Notes: generated by a model not told the origin, from the sequence alone. A DNA stretch of 64,000 nucleotides from an uncultured bacterium (GCA_963745865.1 CAVUYZ010000003.1:467809-531808); one strand, 5' to 3'; counted from the stretch's first letter, positions 18,670 through 28,272 are shown. Program-made: numbers and translations.

Positions 18670-19133
18670 GTCGGATGCCGATGTCGAGAATCGCCCGGAT
18701 CGGGACATGGACGGGCGCGGCGCTTGCCTGGGGAACGACGGCAGTCTTCGTTCGGGTCGCATCGGCTGAGCCTGCCGAAACGGCTGCGACGGTGCCCCCT
18801 CCGACCGACGAGGTCGCGACTCAGGTCGGGCCCCTCGCCACGATGCCCGAGCCACCGAATGACGGGTTGGTGATCCTGAGGTTCACGCCGGTGACGGCGC
18901 CACCGCAGCAGATCATCGTCAAGACCCGATATGTGCAGGTCGAGGGGGCCGCGCCGGCGACGGCCAGCTCGGGGTCTGCCGCCCCGGCGAAGACGGCGTC
19001 GGCGAGTGGATCCACGGCAACGAGCGCCTCCGCCGCACCGACCGCGGCCGCGCCACCTCCTCCGCCGGCTGCGCCGACGGTCGTGGCCACCCCGACCACC
19101 CAACCGCCGGCCCCTGTGAGCTCCGGATCGTGA
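18666..19133 (+). CDS. Secreted Ala/Pro/Thr-rich protein ending in SSGS; candidate ApbE substrate
   Basis: Signal peptide (ASA-EP); low-complexity tether; ATGA-type overlaps with neighbours. Confidence 0.7.
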   Translation: MSRMPMSRIARIGTWTGAALAWGTTAVFVRVASAEPAETAATVPPPTDEVATQVGPLATMPEPPNDGLVILRFTPVTAPPQQIIVKTRYVQVEGAAPATASSGSAAPAKTASASGSTATSASAAPTAAAPPPPPAAPTVVATPTTQPPAPVSSGS

Positions 19134-19978
19134 TGCATGGCTCCTTTTCGGCCATGGGAACCACGGTAGAAGCGTGGTCATCGACCCAAGCCGACGTCGT
19201 TGCCACCCAGGAATGGTTCGCACTGGTCGAAGATCGATGCAGCCGCTTCATCGAATCGAGCGAGCTGAGCAGATTGAACCGGGATGAGCGAGACAGGGTT
19301 CCGCTCAGCTCGCTGCTGGCCGGAGCGCTAGAGCAGGCATCCAGAGCTCGCCGGATCACGGGAGGCCTGGTAGACGCCGGGCTCGGAGCGAACGTCATCT
19401 CCTGGGGGTACGACTCGACCTTCGAGGAGATCGTCGGACTCGATCGGGCACCGGAAACGGCCGGTGGCGGGGGAGAGTGGTGGATCGAAGGTCATGAGTT
19501 GGTGAGAGAGCCGGGAACGTTGATGGATCTCGGAGGAATCGGGAAAGGCTGGGCGTGTGACGTCGCGGTGGAACGAGGACTCGCCACGGTGATCAGTGCC
19601 GGCGGCGACATTCGTTCACACGACGAGGCCACATCCGTGCCGATCGTCGACCCCTGGGGCGAGACCGCCACGGTGGTCCACCTCGGGATCGGTGGTCTCG
19701 CAACCAGTTCGACGACCCGGCGCTCATGGCCGGTCGGCGGAGGGTCGGCTCACCACCTGATCGACCCGCGCACATCGGCTCCAGCGGTCTCTCCCATTCT
19801 CTCGGCCACGGTCGTCGCCGAGACAGCCGCCGACGCAGAGGCCGGGGCCAAGGCTGTCTTGATCCTCGGCGAGGAAGGGCTTGCCTGGGCTGAAGGGCAA
19901 TCGTGGATCAGGTCGGCGATCGTCGTCTGGGAGACAGGATCGGTGTTCGCGACGAACGGTGTGGAGGTGACCGCATGA
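19130..19978 (+). CDS. apbE: FAD:protein FMN transferase (ApbE family)
   Basis: AMGT, SRF..SELSRLN, DLGGIGKG, GGD, ATS, HHLIDPRT. Confidence 0.95.
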   Translation: MMHGSFSAMGTTVEAWSSTQADVVATQEWFALVEDRCSRFIESSELSRLNRDERDRVPLSSLLAGALEQASRARRITGGLVDAGLGANVISWGYDSTFEEIVGLDRAPETAGGGGEWWIEGHELVREPGTLMDLGGIGKGWACDVAVERGLATVISAGGDIRSHDEATSVPIVDPWGETATVVHLGIGGLATSSTTRRSWPVGGGSAHHLIDPRTSAPAVSPILSATVVAETAADAEAGAKAVLILGEEGLAWAEGQSWIRSAIVVWETGSVFATNGVEVTA

Positions 19979-20610
19979 GCGTGGAATGGATTCTCATTCG
20001 GGGTTCGGGTGTGGTGGCGTTCTCGATGCTCGCCGCTTCGACGATCTGGGGCCTGCTCTTGACGACCAAGGTCCTCGGTTCGTGGGCAAAGGCGAAGCCC
20101 GTCGCCTGGTTTCACGAGTCGCTCGCCGTCGGGGCAGTCCTCGCCACGCTGGTGCACATGTGGGCGCTGTCGATTCACGAGTACATCGAGTTCACCTGGT
20201 CCGACATCCTCATCCCGGGACGTGCCACATGGCGGCCGACGGCGGTCGCATTCGGAGTCGTCTCGATCTACGGGATGGCGCTGATCGCGGTGAGCTTCTA
20301 TTTCAAGCGGTTCATCGGGCAGCGAGCATGGCGGGCGATTCACTTCGGATCATTTGGAGTGTTCGTTGCGACTGTTCTCCATGGGGTCATGTCCGGCACC
20401 GACAGTGGCGAGCCGTGGATGGTGGGCCTCTATACGGGATCGGCTGTCGCGGTCGTCCTGCTGCTGGCGATTCGGTTCGCTCAAGCCGCAGGTGCCACGT
20501 CTTCGGGGCGGTCGGCTGCAGCAGCGAGGACGCCTCGGGAGTCTCGCGTGAGCTCCCAGGCCGAGGAGACCCTCACCGATAAGGTCAGTCGGCTGTCAAC
20601 GGGAGCTTGA
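19975..20610 (+). CDS. Ferric reductase-like (MsrQ-like) heme b membrane protein
   Basis: RGSG start, several TM helices, His ligands (WFHE, LVH, WRAIH, VLHG). Confidence 0.88.
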   Translation: MSVEWILIRGSGVVAFSMLAASTIWGLLLTTKVLGSWAKAKPVAWFHESLAVGAVLATLVHMWALSIHEYIEFTWSDILIPGRATWRPTAVAFGVVSIYGMALIAVSFYFKRFIGQRAWRAIHFGSFGVFVATVLHGVMSGTDSGEPWMVGLYTGSAVAVVLLLAIRFAQAAGATSSGRSAAAARTPRESRVSSQAEETLTDKVSRLSTGA

Positions 20611-21878
20611 CTGCGATCACGGCACCCCCGAACTTACGGCTGGTACCGACTCGGAGATCGCCTCCGCCTGCTTGGGCCGTCTTGCGGGCGATGTCGAGTC
20701 CGAGGCCAGACGATGACCCGCGAGACGTGCCGCGTTCGAGAACCTCGGCGTCGGGCAGGCCTGGACCACCATCTTCAATGGCGACGATGATGTCGCCGGA
20801 CCTTATCAACGACGTCACCCCGATTGGTGAGCCCTCGGGCGTGTGGGCGAAGACGTTGCCGAGTAGGGCGTCGAGCATGGCGGACGCGTCTTCTTGATCG
20901 AGGGCGACCGTTGCCGCTTCGCCGGTGAGGTTGGAGCTCAGCTGCCGACCTTGATCGTCTGCGAGGACGCTCCAGAATTCGATTCGTTCCCGCACGGTTG
21001 CCGCAAAATCGGTTCGGGCAACCGGCAGCCCAGCGGTCGAGCCGCGCCGTGCCTGGGCGATCACGAAGTCCACCGTCCGTTCCAGTGCAGCGAGGTCGTC
21101 GAGCAACCGTTCGCGGGTATCGCCGGGTACCAGAGCCTCGGCATCCAGTCGCAGACGCGGTCAGCGGAGTCCGGAGCCGGTGTGAGAGATCTGCGGCGGC
21201 CTCGCGCTCGAGCAGCAGTAGCCGATCGATCTGACCCGCCAACCGGTTGAACTCATGACCGACCGCTTTCACCTCCTCGGGGCCATCGGGCTCGACCCGC
21301 GCAGTGAGGTCGCCGGCCCCAAGGCGCGCGGCGGTCTCGGACAGTTGAGCCACGGGTTTGACAATGGTCCGTCCGATCCAGTCTGCGATCAGGACCGCGA
21401 TCAACACGAGGGTGATGCTCAAACCGCCAAGGGTCAACCACGAGCGGGATACGCCGATCCGTAGTTCGGAGTCCGGCACGAACACCCGAATGACCGATGT
21501 CGCCCCGTCTGCGCCGATCACCGGTATGTAGATGGCCCGACCTCCGTCGACCGGCGTCCTCGACCCGGAACCCGTTGTGGCGGATGACAGGTTCTCGGAC
21601 GCGGGTATCGGTGAGCCGACCACAGACCCATCCGGGCCGACGATCGAGATGTCGTATGGCGAACTCGCCGTCGGGATGAAGGCGTTGAGTGCGGTTTCGG
21701 TCGGCAACTCGGGCGCGGTCAAAGCCATGTACCGGGCGATGTTCTCTGCCTCGCGCTCGGCTCGCGCCATCGAACGGTCCGCTGCGACATCGCCAATGAG
21801 AATGGCCAGCGGGACCACGAACGCCAGGGTCACCATCGACGTAACCGCCGCAGCCTGGAGGATCAGACGGCGCCTCAT
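20585..21878 (-). CDS. HAMP sensor histidine kinase, frameshifted by one extra base near 21155
   Basis: H box ADLSHRLRTPLTA; removing one base gives LRLDAEAL into the HATPase (DGGPG, GLGLDI). Confidence 0.9.
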
Positions 21879-22561
21879 GAGGGTGGTGCTGACAGCCGAA
21901 CTCCGACGGACCGTTTGGTGTGGATGTATCGAGGCTCGGCAGCACTCTCTCCGAGCTTGCGCCGCAACCAGCTGAGGTGAACGTCGATGGTCTTGTCGGC
22001 TCCGCCGTACGGCTGGTTCCAGACTCCTGCGAGGAGTTCCCGCTTGCTCACATAGCGATCTTCTCGCTCAGCGAGGAACATCAACAAGTCGAACTCTTTG
22101 GTGGTCAAGTCGAGGGTCTTGTTCCCCAGCCTTGCCTCGCGGGTTCCTCCGTCGAGCGTCAGATCACCGACCGACGCGGTCGGGATCTCCTCGGGTTCGC
22201 CTCCTCGACGTCTGAGGACAGCGCGAATCCTGGCTTCCAACTGGTCGGCGGAATACGGCTTGACGACGTAGTCGTCTGCCCCGGCATCGAGGAGGCGGAT
22301 CACTTCGGCCTCGTCGTCGCGGGCGGTGGCGATGACCACGGCGACGTTACTGACGGACCGGATCATCTGCAGTGCGTCAGCTCCGTCGATGTCCGGAAGC
22401 CCAAGATCGAGGACGACGACGTCGAATCTCCCAGAAACGGCTGCCTCGACACCCGGCATTGCTCGCCGGGACGTCTCGACCTGGTGGCCGCGCTCGGCAA
22501 GACGGTCCGCAACCGCAGATCGAATTCGTTGATCGTCCTCGATGACGAGCACGGCTGCCAT
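21875..22561 (-). CDS. OmpR-family response regulator
   Basis: IEDD, LDLGLPDIDG, GADDYVVKP, winged helix DVHLSWLRRKLGE. Confidence 0.95.
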   Translation of the reverse strand: MAAVLVIEDDQRIRSAVADRLAERGHQVETSRRAMPGVEAAVSGRFDVVVLDLGLPDIDGADALQMIRSVSNVAVVIATARDDEAEVIRLLDAGADDYVVKPYSADQLEARIRAVLRRRGGEPEEIPTASVGDLTLDGGTREARLGNKTLDLTTKEFDLLMFLAEREDRYVSKRELLAGVWNQPYGGADKTIDVHLSWLRRKLGESAAEPRYIHTKRSVGVRLSAPPS

Positions 22562-22673
22562 GACCCGACGATACCGCCGGCCACGGACGTGGTGCCAACA
22601 CCCGCTCGGCCCTTTACCGCTCTTTAGCTCTGTCTTAACCCAAGGGTGGGCCGGAACCAGCCATGATCGTGGT

Positions 22674-23267
22674 GTGAACGTCAGATTCGGACTCGTGATG
22701 GCCTGGGTGGTTGCCACCCTTGCATCCATCGTGGTGGTGTTCGCGGCAGTCGGCAGCGTGCGGAGCGCAATCGCCGAGTCTCCCTCGGCGATGCAACTTC
22801 CACCCGTCGAGCAGGATGAGCAGGTGCCGGTCATTCCTCTTGCCGGCGCTACGTCAAGCAGTGACTTCGATGCCTCCGACGGTCCACCGGTGACCGGCGC
22901 CGCACTCGACACCGAGGAGCCGGTGCTTCCTGAAGCGGCGACCGAGACGACGGCCGCGATGTCGCCGAGCGAACCCACCACTATCGCCACCAGTACCACC
23001 GTTGCTGCTGCCCCTGAGACAACGTCGACGACCCAGCCACCGGCGCCGACGGTCGAGAGCTATGAGCTCGATGGGGGATGGGTGTCTCTGAGATCGACGG
23101 CGGAGGGGGTCTTTCTCGAGTCGGCCTCACCGAAGTCGGGATGGACCGTCGATGTCGAGACGACTGGCCCGAGTCAGGTGAAGCTCGAGTTCAAGGATGG
23201 CTCACACGAGATCCAGTTCTCTGCCGAATTCAGCGATGGAAGGGTGAAGATCGAAATCGACGATTGA
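22674..23267 (+). CDS. Secreted/membrane-anchored hypothetical protein divergent from the two-component system
   Basis: TM helix, Thr/Pro linker, beta-rich C-terminus (GGWV...SASPKSGW). Confidence 0.75.
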   Translation: MNVRFGLVMAWVVATLASIVVVFAAVGSVRSAIAESPSAMQLPPVEQDEQVPVIPLAGATSSSDFDASDGPPVTGAALDTEEPVLPEAATETTAAMSPSEPTTIATSTTVAAAPETTSTTQPPAPTVESYELDGGWVSLRSTAEGVFLESASPKSGWTVDVETTGPSQVKLEFKDGSHEIQFSAEFSDGRVKIEIDD

Positions 23268-23487
23268 GCTGATGCTCGCGACATGCCGGCTTCTGCTGTA
23301 AGTGTCTCACTCGAGCGTCGATGCGCCTTTCGGTGTCCGGCTGCACCTCCCAGCCCTGCCCACACCCCGCAGCCGGACACCGATTGACCTCACGAGATCC
23401 TCGGTTCCGCCGCGAGGCGGTGCCACCGTCGATTCGAACCGATGGGTCATTCGTCTCGCTGCGGGATGCGCCACTCAGCTCGTGGTA

Positions 23488-23682
23488 TCACTCGTCGGAG
23501 TCGGAGTCGGAGTCGGAGTCGGAGCGGCTGCGCTTTCCCGCCTGCCCGGTTGCTGCGCCGAGAGCAACGCCCACAGCGATCCAGACCGGACTCCCGGTTG
23601 CAGAGGAGAGCGCTGCGCCGATACCGGCGCCGATTGCGATGCGGGCTCCGGTGCTGATGTTTGCTCGTTTGTCGTCAGTCAT
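23488..23682 (-). CDS. Small glycine-zipper membrane protein with SD-repeat tail
   Basis: IAIGAGIGAAL, WIAVGVALGAA; TCCGAC hexamer repeats. Confidence 0.6.
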   Translation of the reverse strand: MTDDKRANISTGARIAIGAGIGAALSSATGSPVWIAVGVALGAATGQAGKRSRSDSDSDSDSDE

Positions 23683-23737
23683 CGTGCAACTGTAGGCCCG
23701 GCGGGATCGGCGCCAGCAGTTTGACTGCTGGCTCGCA

Positions 23738-23950
23738 TTAGCCCCCGAACATCCCCTTTAGCTTGTCGACTGCCCCGTCGGCGAGGTCGGCAACGCTGTC
23801 GGCGTTGCCGGCGATGAAGTCGTCGAGTTTGTCGGCGATCGGGTCAGGCAGCTTCTCTTTGATGAAATCGATGGCAGCGTTGGCGGCGTCGCGGGCCTTG
23901 TCGGCCGGAAGTCCGGTCTTTTCCTGGATGCGGTCGATCAGTTCGTCCAT
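23738..23950 (-). CDS. Small conserved helical hypothetical protein
   Basis: RBS AAGGAG; MDELIDRIQEKTGL...KLKGMFGG. Confidence 0.8.
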   Translation of the reverse strand: MDELIDRIQEKTGLPADKARDAANAAIDFIKEKLPDPIADKLDDFIAGNADSVADLADGAVDKLKGMFGG

Positions 23951-24003
23951 GGTGTCTCCTTCTCGTCTACCCCAACGGTAGGCGAGAGCCTCCTCGACGT
24001 TCG

Positions 24004-24366
24004 CTAGTCCCAGCCAAGTTCGTGGAGTCGGGCCTCGTCGAAGCCGAGGTGGTGCCCGATTTCGTGTAGGACAGTCCGCCGGATCTCTTCCCGCAGCTCG
24101 GGCTCAGGCAGGCCGAGCCGTAGATGAGGCCCGTGGAAGACGGTGATCTGGTCGGGCATCACCCCCCAGTAGTCCTCGCGCTCAGCCAGCGACACCCCTT
24201 CATAGATGCCGAGGAGGTGGCTGCCCGCCTCGGGGAGTTGGTCCTGATGAGGTTCGTGTTCGACGACGATGATGAGGTTCTCGAGCGAGTCGATCACCCA
24301 CTGGGGGAGTGACTCGATCACATCATCAACTGCTGACTCGAACGCCGTGCGGTCCATCGGGGACAT
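24004..24366 (-). CDS. Zincin-like metallopeptidase (DUF1025 type)
   Basis: LLGIYEGV, PDQITVF, HEIGHHLG. Confidence 0.9.
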   Translation of the reverse strand: MSPMDRTAFESAVDDVIESLPQWVIDSLENLIIVVEHEPHQDQLPEAGSHLLGIYEGVSLAEREDYWGVMPDQITVFHGPHLRLGLPEPELREEIRRTVLHEIGHHLGFDEARLHELGWD

Positions 24367-24419
24367 TGAACCACCGCCGGGCGCCAAACCGCGCGCTGCT
24401 ACCATCGCCCATCGACACC

Positions 24420-24491
24420 GGGCGCTTAGCTCAGCGGGAGAGCGCTGCCTTCACACGGCAGAGGTCACTGGTTCGATCCCAGTAGCGCCCA
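24420..24491 (+). tRNA. tRNA-Val (CAC)
   Basis: GGGCGCT...AGCGCCC-A, anticodon arm CTGCC-TTCACAC-GGCAG; CCA not encoded. Confidence 0.95.
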
Positions 24492-24497
24492 CCCTCA

Positions 24498-24524
24498 GAA
24501 TCCCTCGTAAACACAGGGGGATTC
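24498..24524 (+). terminator. Hairpin after tRNA-Val
   Basis: GAATCCCTC...GGGGGATTC. Confidence 0.6.
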
Positions 24525-24753
24525 GGCCTCTTGAGTCATTCTCCCATCCGGCTCGCCGGCTGGCCGCGGCCACACCAGGATCTCGAGAGGAGTGTCCGCG
24601 TCGGCGCAGGCGCTCCGACGGGGAGCGGTCGCGAGAGCGGCTTGCGGGGGCCGTCCCACAGAATCCCAGGCGAGGGCGGGTGAGCCGTGTTCGGGCGTGT
24701 CGGAGGAGTGCATCTTCCAGGCCGGTCTTCGTGTGACCCCGCGCCGTTCCCGA

Positions 24754-25779
24754 TCAGCCGAGTCTTCCTCGTGCGATCGCTGCGCCGTCCCCGAGCGCCC
24801 GGAGCTTGCCTCGGGCGGTGTCTCGGTCCAAGGGCACGAGCCCACAGTTCGTCGACGCAGTGATGCGCTCGGGCGGCACGTGGCGTGTGACTCGCTCGAG
24901 TGTTCTCGCAACGTCATCCGGTGTCTCGATCTGATCGGTCGCCACGTCGATGGCACCCACCTGGATGCCCTTGTCGCCCAGCAGCTCGAGGAGCTCCAAC
25001 GGGACATGGGAGTTGGCGACCTCGACCGAGACCTGGTCGATGGTCGACTCCGCCAGCACGGGGAACGTCTGTTCGTATTGACGCCATTCGGCACCGAGTG
25101 TGCCCTTCCAGTCGATGTTGGCCTCGATCCCGTACCCGTAGCAGATGTGGACGGCAGTCGTGCAGTCGAGCCCGCGAGCAGCGCGATCGAGCGCGGTCAC
25201 GCCCCAGCTCTCCACCTCGTCGAGGTAGACGTTGAACGCGGGCTCGTCGAACTGGATCATGCTTGCGCCGGCCGCGACGAGCTCGGTGGCCTCTTCGTTG
25301 AGGATCTCTGCAAACGCCATCGCCAGCTCGGAGCGATCTCCGTAGTACTCGTCGGCGAGCGTGTCGGCCATCGTCATCGGACCCGGGAGCTGGTACTTGA
25401 CCGGTCGATCGGTCTCGCTCACCAGGAACCGCACATCGTCGACGTAGACGGGCGCAGGCCGGGACACCGGACCGACCACGCGTGGGACCTGTGCGTCGTA
25501 CCGCCGGCGGATCTTCACCGTCGAGAGTCGACTCGAGTCGACCCCGTCCAACGCATCGATGAACGTCGTCACGAAGTGGCGCCGGGTCACCTCCCCGTCC
25601 GTGATGATGTCGATGCCGGCTGACTCCTGATCTCGAATCGCCAACCGGACGGCGTCCTGCTTCGCCTCGACGAGCGCTTCGCCTTCGAGCAGCCACGGAG
25701 CCCACAGCCGGCGAGGGGGAGCGAGCCATCCCGGCTTGGGAAGACTTCCGGAGATGGTTGTCGGCAGGAGAGTGGACAC
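24754..25779 (-). CDS. Short (single-barrel) cobalamin-independent methionine synthase-like protein
   Basis: GSLPKP, DIITDGE, IQFDEP, zinc ligands HICYGY and TNCG. Confidence 0.9.
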   Translation of the reverse strand: MSTLLPTTISGSLPKPGWLAPPRRLWAPWLLEGEALVEAKQDAVRLAIRDQESAGIDIITDGEVTRRHFVTTFIDALDGVDSSRLSTVKIRRRYDAQVPRVVGPVSRPAPVYVDDVRFLVSETDRPVKYQLPGPMTMADTLADEYYGDRSELAMAFAEILNEEATELVAAGASMIQFDEPAFNVYLDEVESWGVTALDRAARGLDCTTAVHICYGYGIEANIDWKGTLGAEWRQYEQTFPVLAESTIDQVSVEVANSHVPLELLELLGDKGIQVGAIDVATDQIETPDDVARTLERVTRHVPPERITASTNCGLVPLDRDTARGKLRALGDGAAIARGRLG

Positions 25780-25883
25780 GAAGAGACCTCCACGGGTTTC
25801 GAGCGAGCCTATCGTCCGTCCCGGTGGCGCTGTGCGATCGAGCGACCCCGTTGGAAGTCTCGACCATACGGCCCATTGATGTC

Positions 25884-25976
25884 GAGGTCGTCAGGGCGAA
25901 TGGTTCGCGGCTCCGATAAAGGTGGCTGTCTCGGGCCGAAGGCCAGTTCGATCCTGACCGCTGCACTCTTGACCTC
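25884..25976 (-). promoter_or_regulatory. Putative SAM-IV or SAM-I/IV-like riboswitch
   Basis: Minus strand GAGGTC-AAGAG-TGCAGCG...GAC-GACCTC (P1 pairing) upstream of the methionine synthase. Confidence 0.45.
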
Positions 25977-26020
25977 ACGATACGTGAAGGTATCTTCACG
26001 CATAGTGAAGAGTGCTTCGC
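25969..26020 (+). promoter_or_regulatory. TA operon promoter with two palindromic operators
   Basis: TTGACC-N16-TATCTT; GTGAAG-N4-CTTCAC (25984) and GTGAAG-N4-CTTCGC (26005). Confidence 0.6.
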
Positions 26021-26025
26021 GAAGC

Positions 26026-26586
26026 GTGAATGTAGACCGACTGCCGATCTTCCGATCCGAGGAGCAGGTTCGGATTCTCGTGGTGTTGTTCGTCATGGCT
26101 GGCGAGCCCGCCACCCTCACCGAGATTGCAGGTCGAGCCGGCGTCTCGATGGGGGTCACCCACAAGGAAGTCGAAGCGCTCGAGGCCGCAGGACTGGTCG
26201 TCTCCCACCGGCGTGGAAACGCCAGACTCGTCGAAGTCAACGAGTTGTCGCGGTTGGTGCCCGACCTTCGGTCGTTGCTCACGAAGGCGTTCGGACCGGT
26301 GCCGGCGATCGAGGATGCACTCGCCGACGTCTCGGAGATCGACGAGGCGTTCATCTTCGGTTCCCTCGCCCACCAAGTCGATGTCGAACCACCCAACGAC
26401 GTGGACCTGATGATCATCGGCCAACCCGCCCTCGACGAGGTGTACGAGGCGGTCGCTTCGGTGGAGGAACTGATCGGGCTCCCGGTCAACGTCATTGTCC
26501 GCACCCGCAGCGAATGGTCGAGTGACGAGTCCGGGTTCGCCCGGAAGGTCAAACACGGCGAGCAGATTGCATTGGCGCTCCGATGA
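26026..26586 (+). CDS. HTH plus minimal nucleotidyltransferase (MNT) antitoxin
   Basis: Winged HTH, then FGSLAH...NDVDL (GS..DxD). Confidence 0.88.
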   Translation: MNVDRLPIFRSEEQVRILVVLFVMAGEPATLTEIAGRAGVSMGVTHKEVEALEAAGLVVSHRRGNARLVEVNELSRLVPDLRSLLTKAFGPVPAIEDALADVSEIDEAFIFGSLAHQVDVEPPNDVDLMIIGQPALDEVYEAVASVEELIGLPVNVIVRTRSEWSSDESGFARKVKHGEQIALALR

Positions 26587-27011
26587 CGATCGACGAGATG
26601 ATCGAACAGCGCATGCTCGAAGCGGTCCCGGTCGACGAGGCAACAGCGGCGGATTGGCTCGCCGATGCCGGGCGCCACCTCGAAGCCGCCTCGACCATCC
26701 TCGACGTCGACCTCACCGGCGCATTCGCATTGAGCTACGACGCCGGCCGGAAGGCGTGCGCAGCGCTGCTGATTGCGTCCGGTTTTCGGGCTCGAGCCGT
26801 TCCGGGGAGGCATCGGGCGGTGATCGAAGCCGCTGCGGTGCTTCTCGACACGGAAGGTGACAAACGAGCGATCAAGCGATTGGATCGTATGCGACGAGAC
26901 CGCAACCAGGCCGAGTACGGGTCTAGATCGTTCGCCCGTACCGAGGTCGAGGCCGCCATCGAAGCGGCGACATCGGTCGTGGCGATTCTGCGGGATCGCA
27001 TCCGCAACTGA
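26583..27011 (+). CDS. HEPN domain protein (toxin partner)
   Basis: LSYDAGRKAC, H, RNQAEY; ATGA overlap with the MNT gene. Confidence 0.85.
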   Translation: MTIDEMIEQRMLEAVPVDEATAADWLADAGRHLEAASTILDVDLTGAFALSYDAGRKACAALLIASGFRARAVPGRHRAVIEAAAVLLDTEGDKRAIKRLDRMRRDRNQAEYGSRSFARTEVEAAIEAATSVVAILRDRIRN

Positions 27012-27099
27012 AGCAACCAGCATCGCACGAAGCGAAGGAACCGGTCATCGGCCTGTCGCCCCCGTGATGCCTGTCGCCATGACGGAGGATGCTGCTCGA

Positions 27100-27530
27100 C
27101 GGGAAACGAGGGATTGGCACCCGAGAACTCACGTGTCGCCTGCGAACTCGCCCTCGGCCTGCGAGCAGGCCGACCCGGCGCAGGCACCCGATGACTGCTT
27201 CGGAATGGCCGAGGGTCGCGGGGCCGGGTGAGGTTCGAGACTCCATGAGTGGGGCGGCCCACGGGTGCCTTCAGGGCTGCTCGTGCCGAAACGCAACGTT
27301 GTCGGAGTGCATCCAGACAGTCTTCGTCGGTCGAGGGTCGCTCGATCTCGGCGACGACTCGGTCGACCATCCCGTCGACGATCTCGTCTTTCGAAGGGAC
27401 GTGGCGGTAGATCGACATCGGTTTCGTGCCCATGGCCGTTGCGAGCTTACGGATGGTCAGGGCGTCGGTGCCGATCGCGTCGGCGAGCGTCACTGCGCTT
27501 TCCAGCACTCGGTCTCGGCTGAGCGACGGA
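27100..27530 (-). pseudogene. Degraded TetR-family regulator
   Basis: HTH ALTIRKLA..MGTKPMSIYRHVPSKDEI, then frameshifts and truncation. Confidence 0.75.
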
Positions 27531-27612
27531 TGTACCTTCTGCGGTTTCGTATCTGCACTGGGTCGTCAGCCGACGCAACCGCTGGGGTATCGGTCTCGAC
27601 AATGGGCGTTGG

Positions 27613-28272
27613 TCATGTTTGGTCGACCCGTCCGGTCTCGTAGGCCCAGATCACGATCTCCACCCGATTCCGGGCATCGAGTTTGGTCATCAACTTGGCG
27701 ATGTGGGTCTTGACCGTGCTGTTGCTGATGAAGAGGTCCTCAGCGATCTCGGCATTGGTCTTGCCTCGGGCGACCTCTGCGAGCACCTCCTCTTCACGTT
27801 CGGTGAGGGGATCGACCGGCTGCGGTGGAGCGGTGGAGCGCCCCGTGGCGGCGAACGCCTCCAGGAGTCTCGCGGTGATGTTCGGGGCGACGAGGGCGTC
27901 GCCGGAAGCGGCTGCCTCGAGCGCCTGCACCAACAGCTCCTGGTCGGCGTCCTTGAGCAGGAACCCGCGGGCTCCTGCCTTGAGCGCACCGTAGACGTAC
28001 TCGTCGCGATCGAAGGTCGTGATGATGACGACCGGGATGGGGTCGGCAACGTCCGGTCCGGCGAGCGCCTTGGTGGCTTCGATCCCGTTCATCTTCGGCA
28101 TGCTGATGTCGAGGAGGCACACATCGGGGCGCAACCGATGAGCGAGTTCGACCGCTTCCTGGCCGTCCGTCGCCTCGGCGACGACCTCGATGCCCGGCTG
28201 GGCATCGAGGATCATGGCCAGCCCGGTCCGTACGAGGTCCTGGTCGTCGGCGACGATCACGCGGAGCGTCAT
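27613..28272 (-). CDS. NarL/LuxR-family response regulator
   Basis: VADDQ, LLDISMP, GFLLKD, LTEREEEVL HTH. Confidence 0.95.
   Translation of the reverse strand: MTLRVIVADDQDLVRTGLAMILDAQPGIEVVAEATDGQEAVELAHRLRPDVCLLDISMPKMNGIEATKALAGPDVADPIPVVIITTFDRDEYVYGALKAGARGFLLKDADQELLVQALEAAASGDALVAPNITARLLEAFAATGRSTAPPQPVDPLTEREEEVLAEVARGKTNAEIAEDLFISNSTVKTHIAKLMTKLDARNRVEIVIWAYETGRVDQT

Noticed and set aside
21140-21170. Programmed frameshifting or pseudogenisation of the histidine kinase (also the ABC genes near 59083 and 62915)
   Set aside because: No slippery sequences; single extra bases in otherwise intact genes point to sequencing error.
23493-23524. GTCGGA hexamer repeat
   Set aside because: Explained as the Ser-Asp tail of a small membrane protein.
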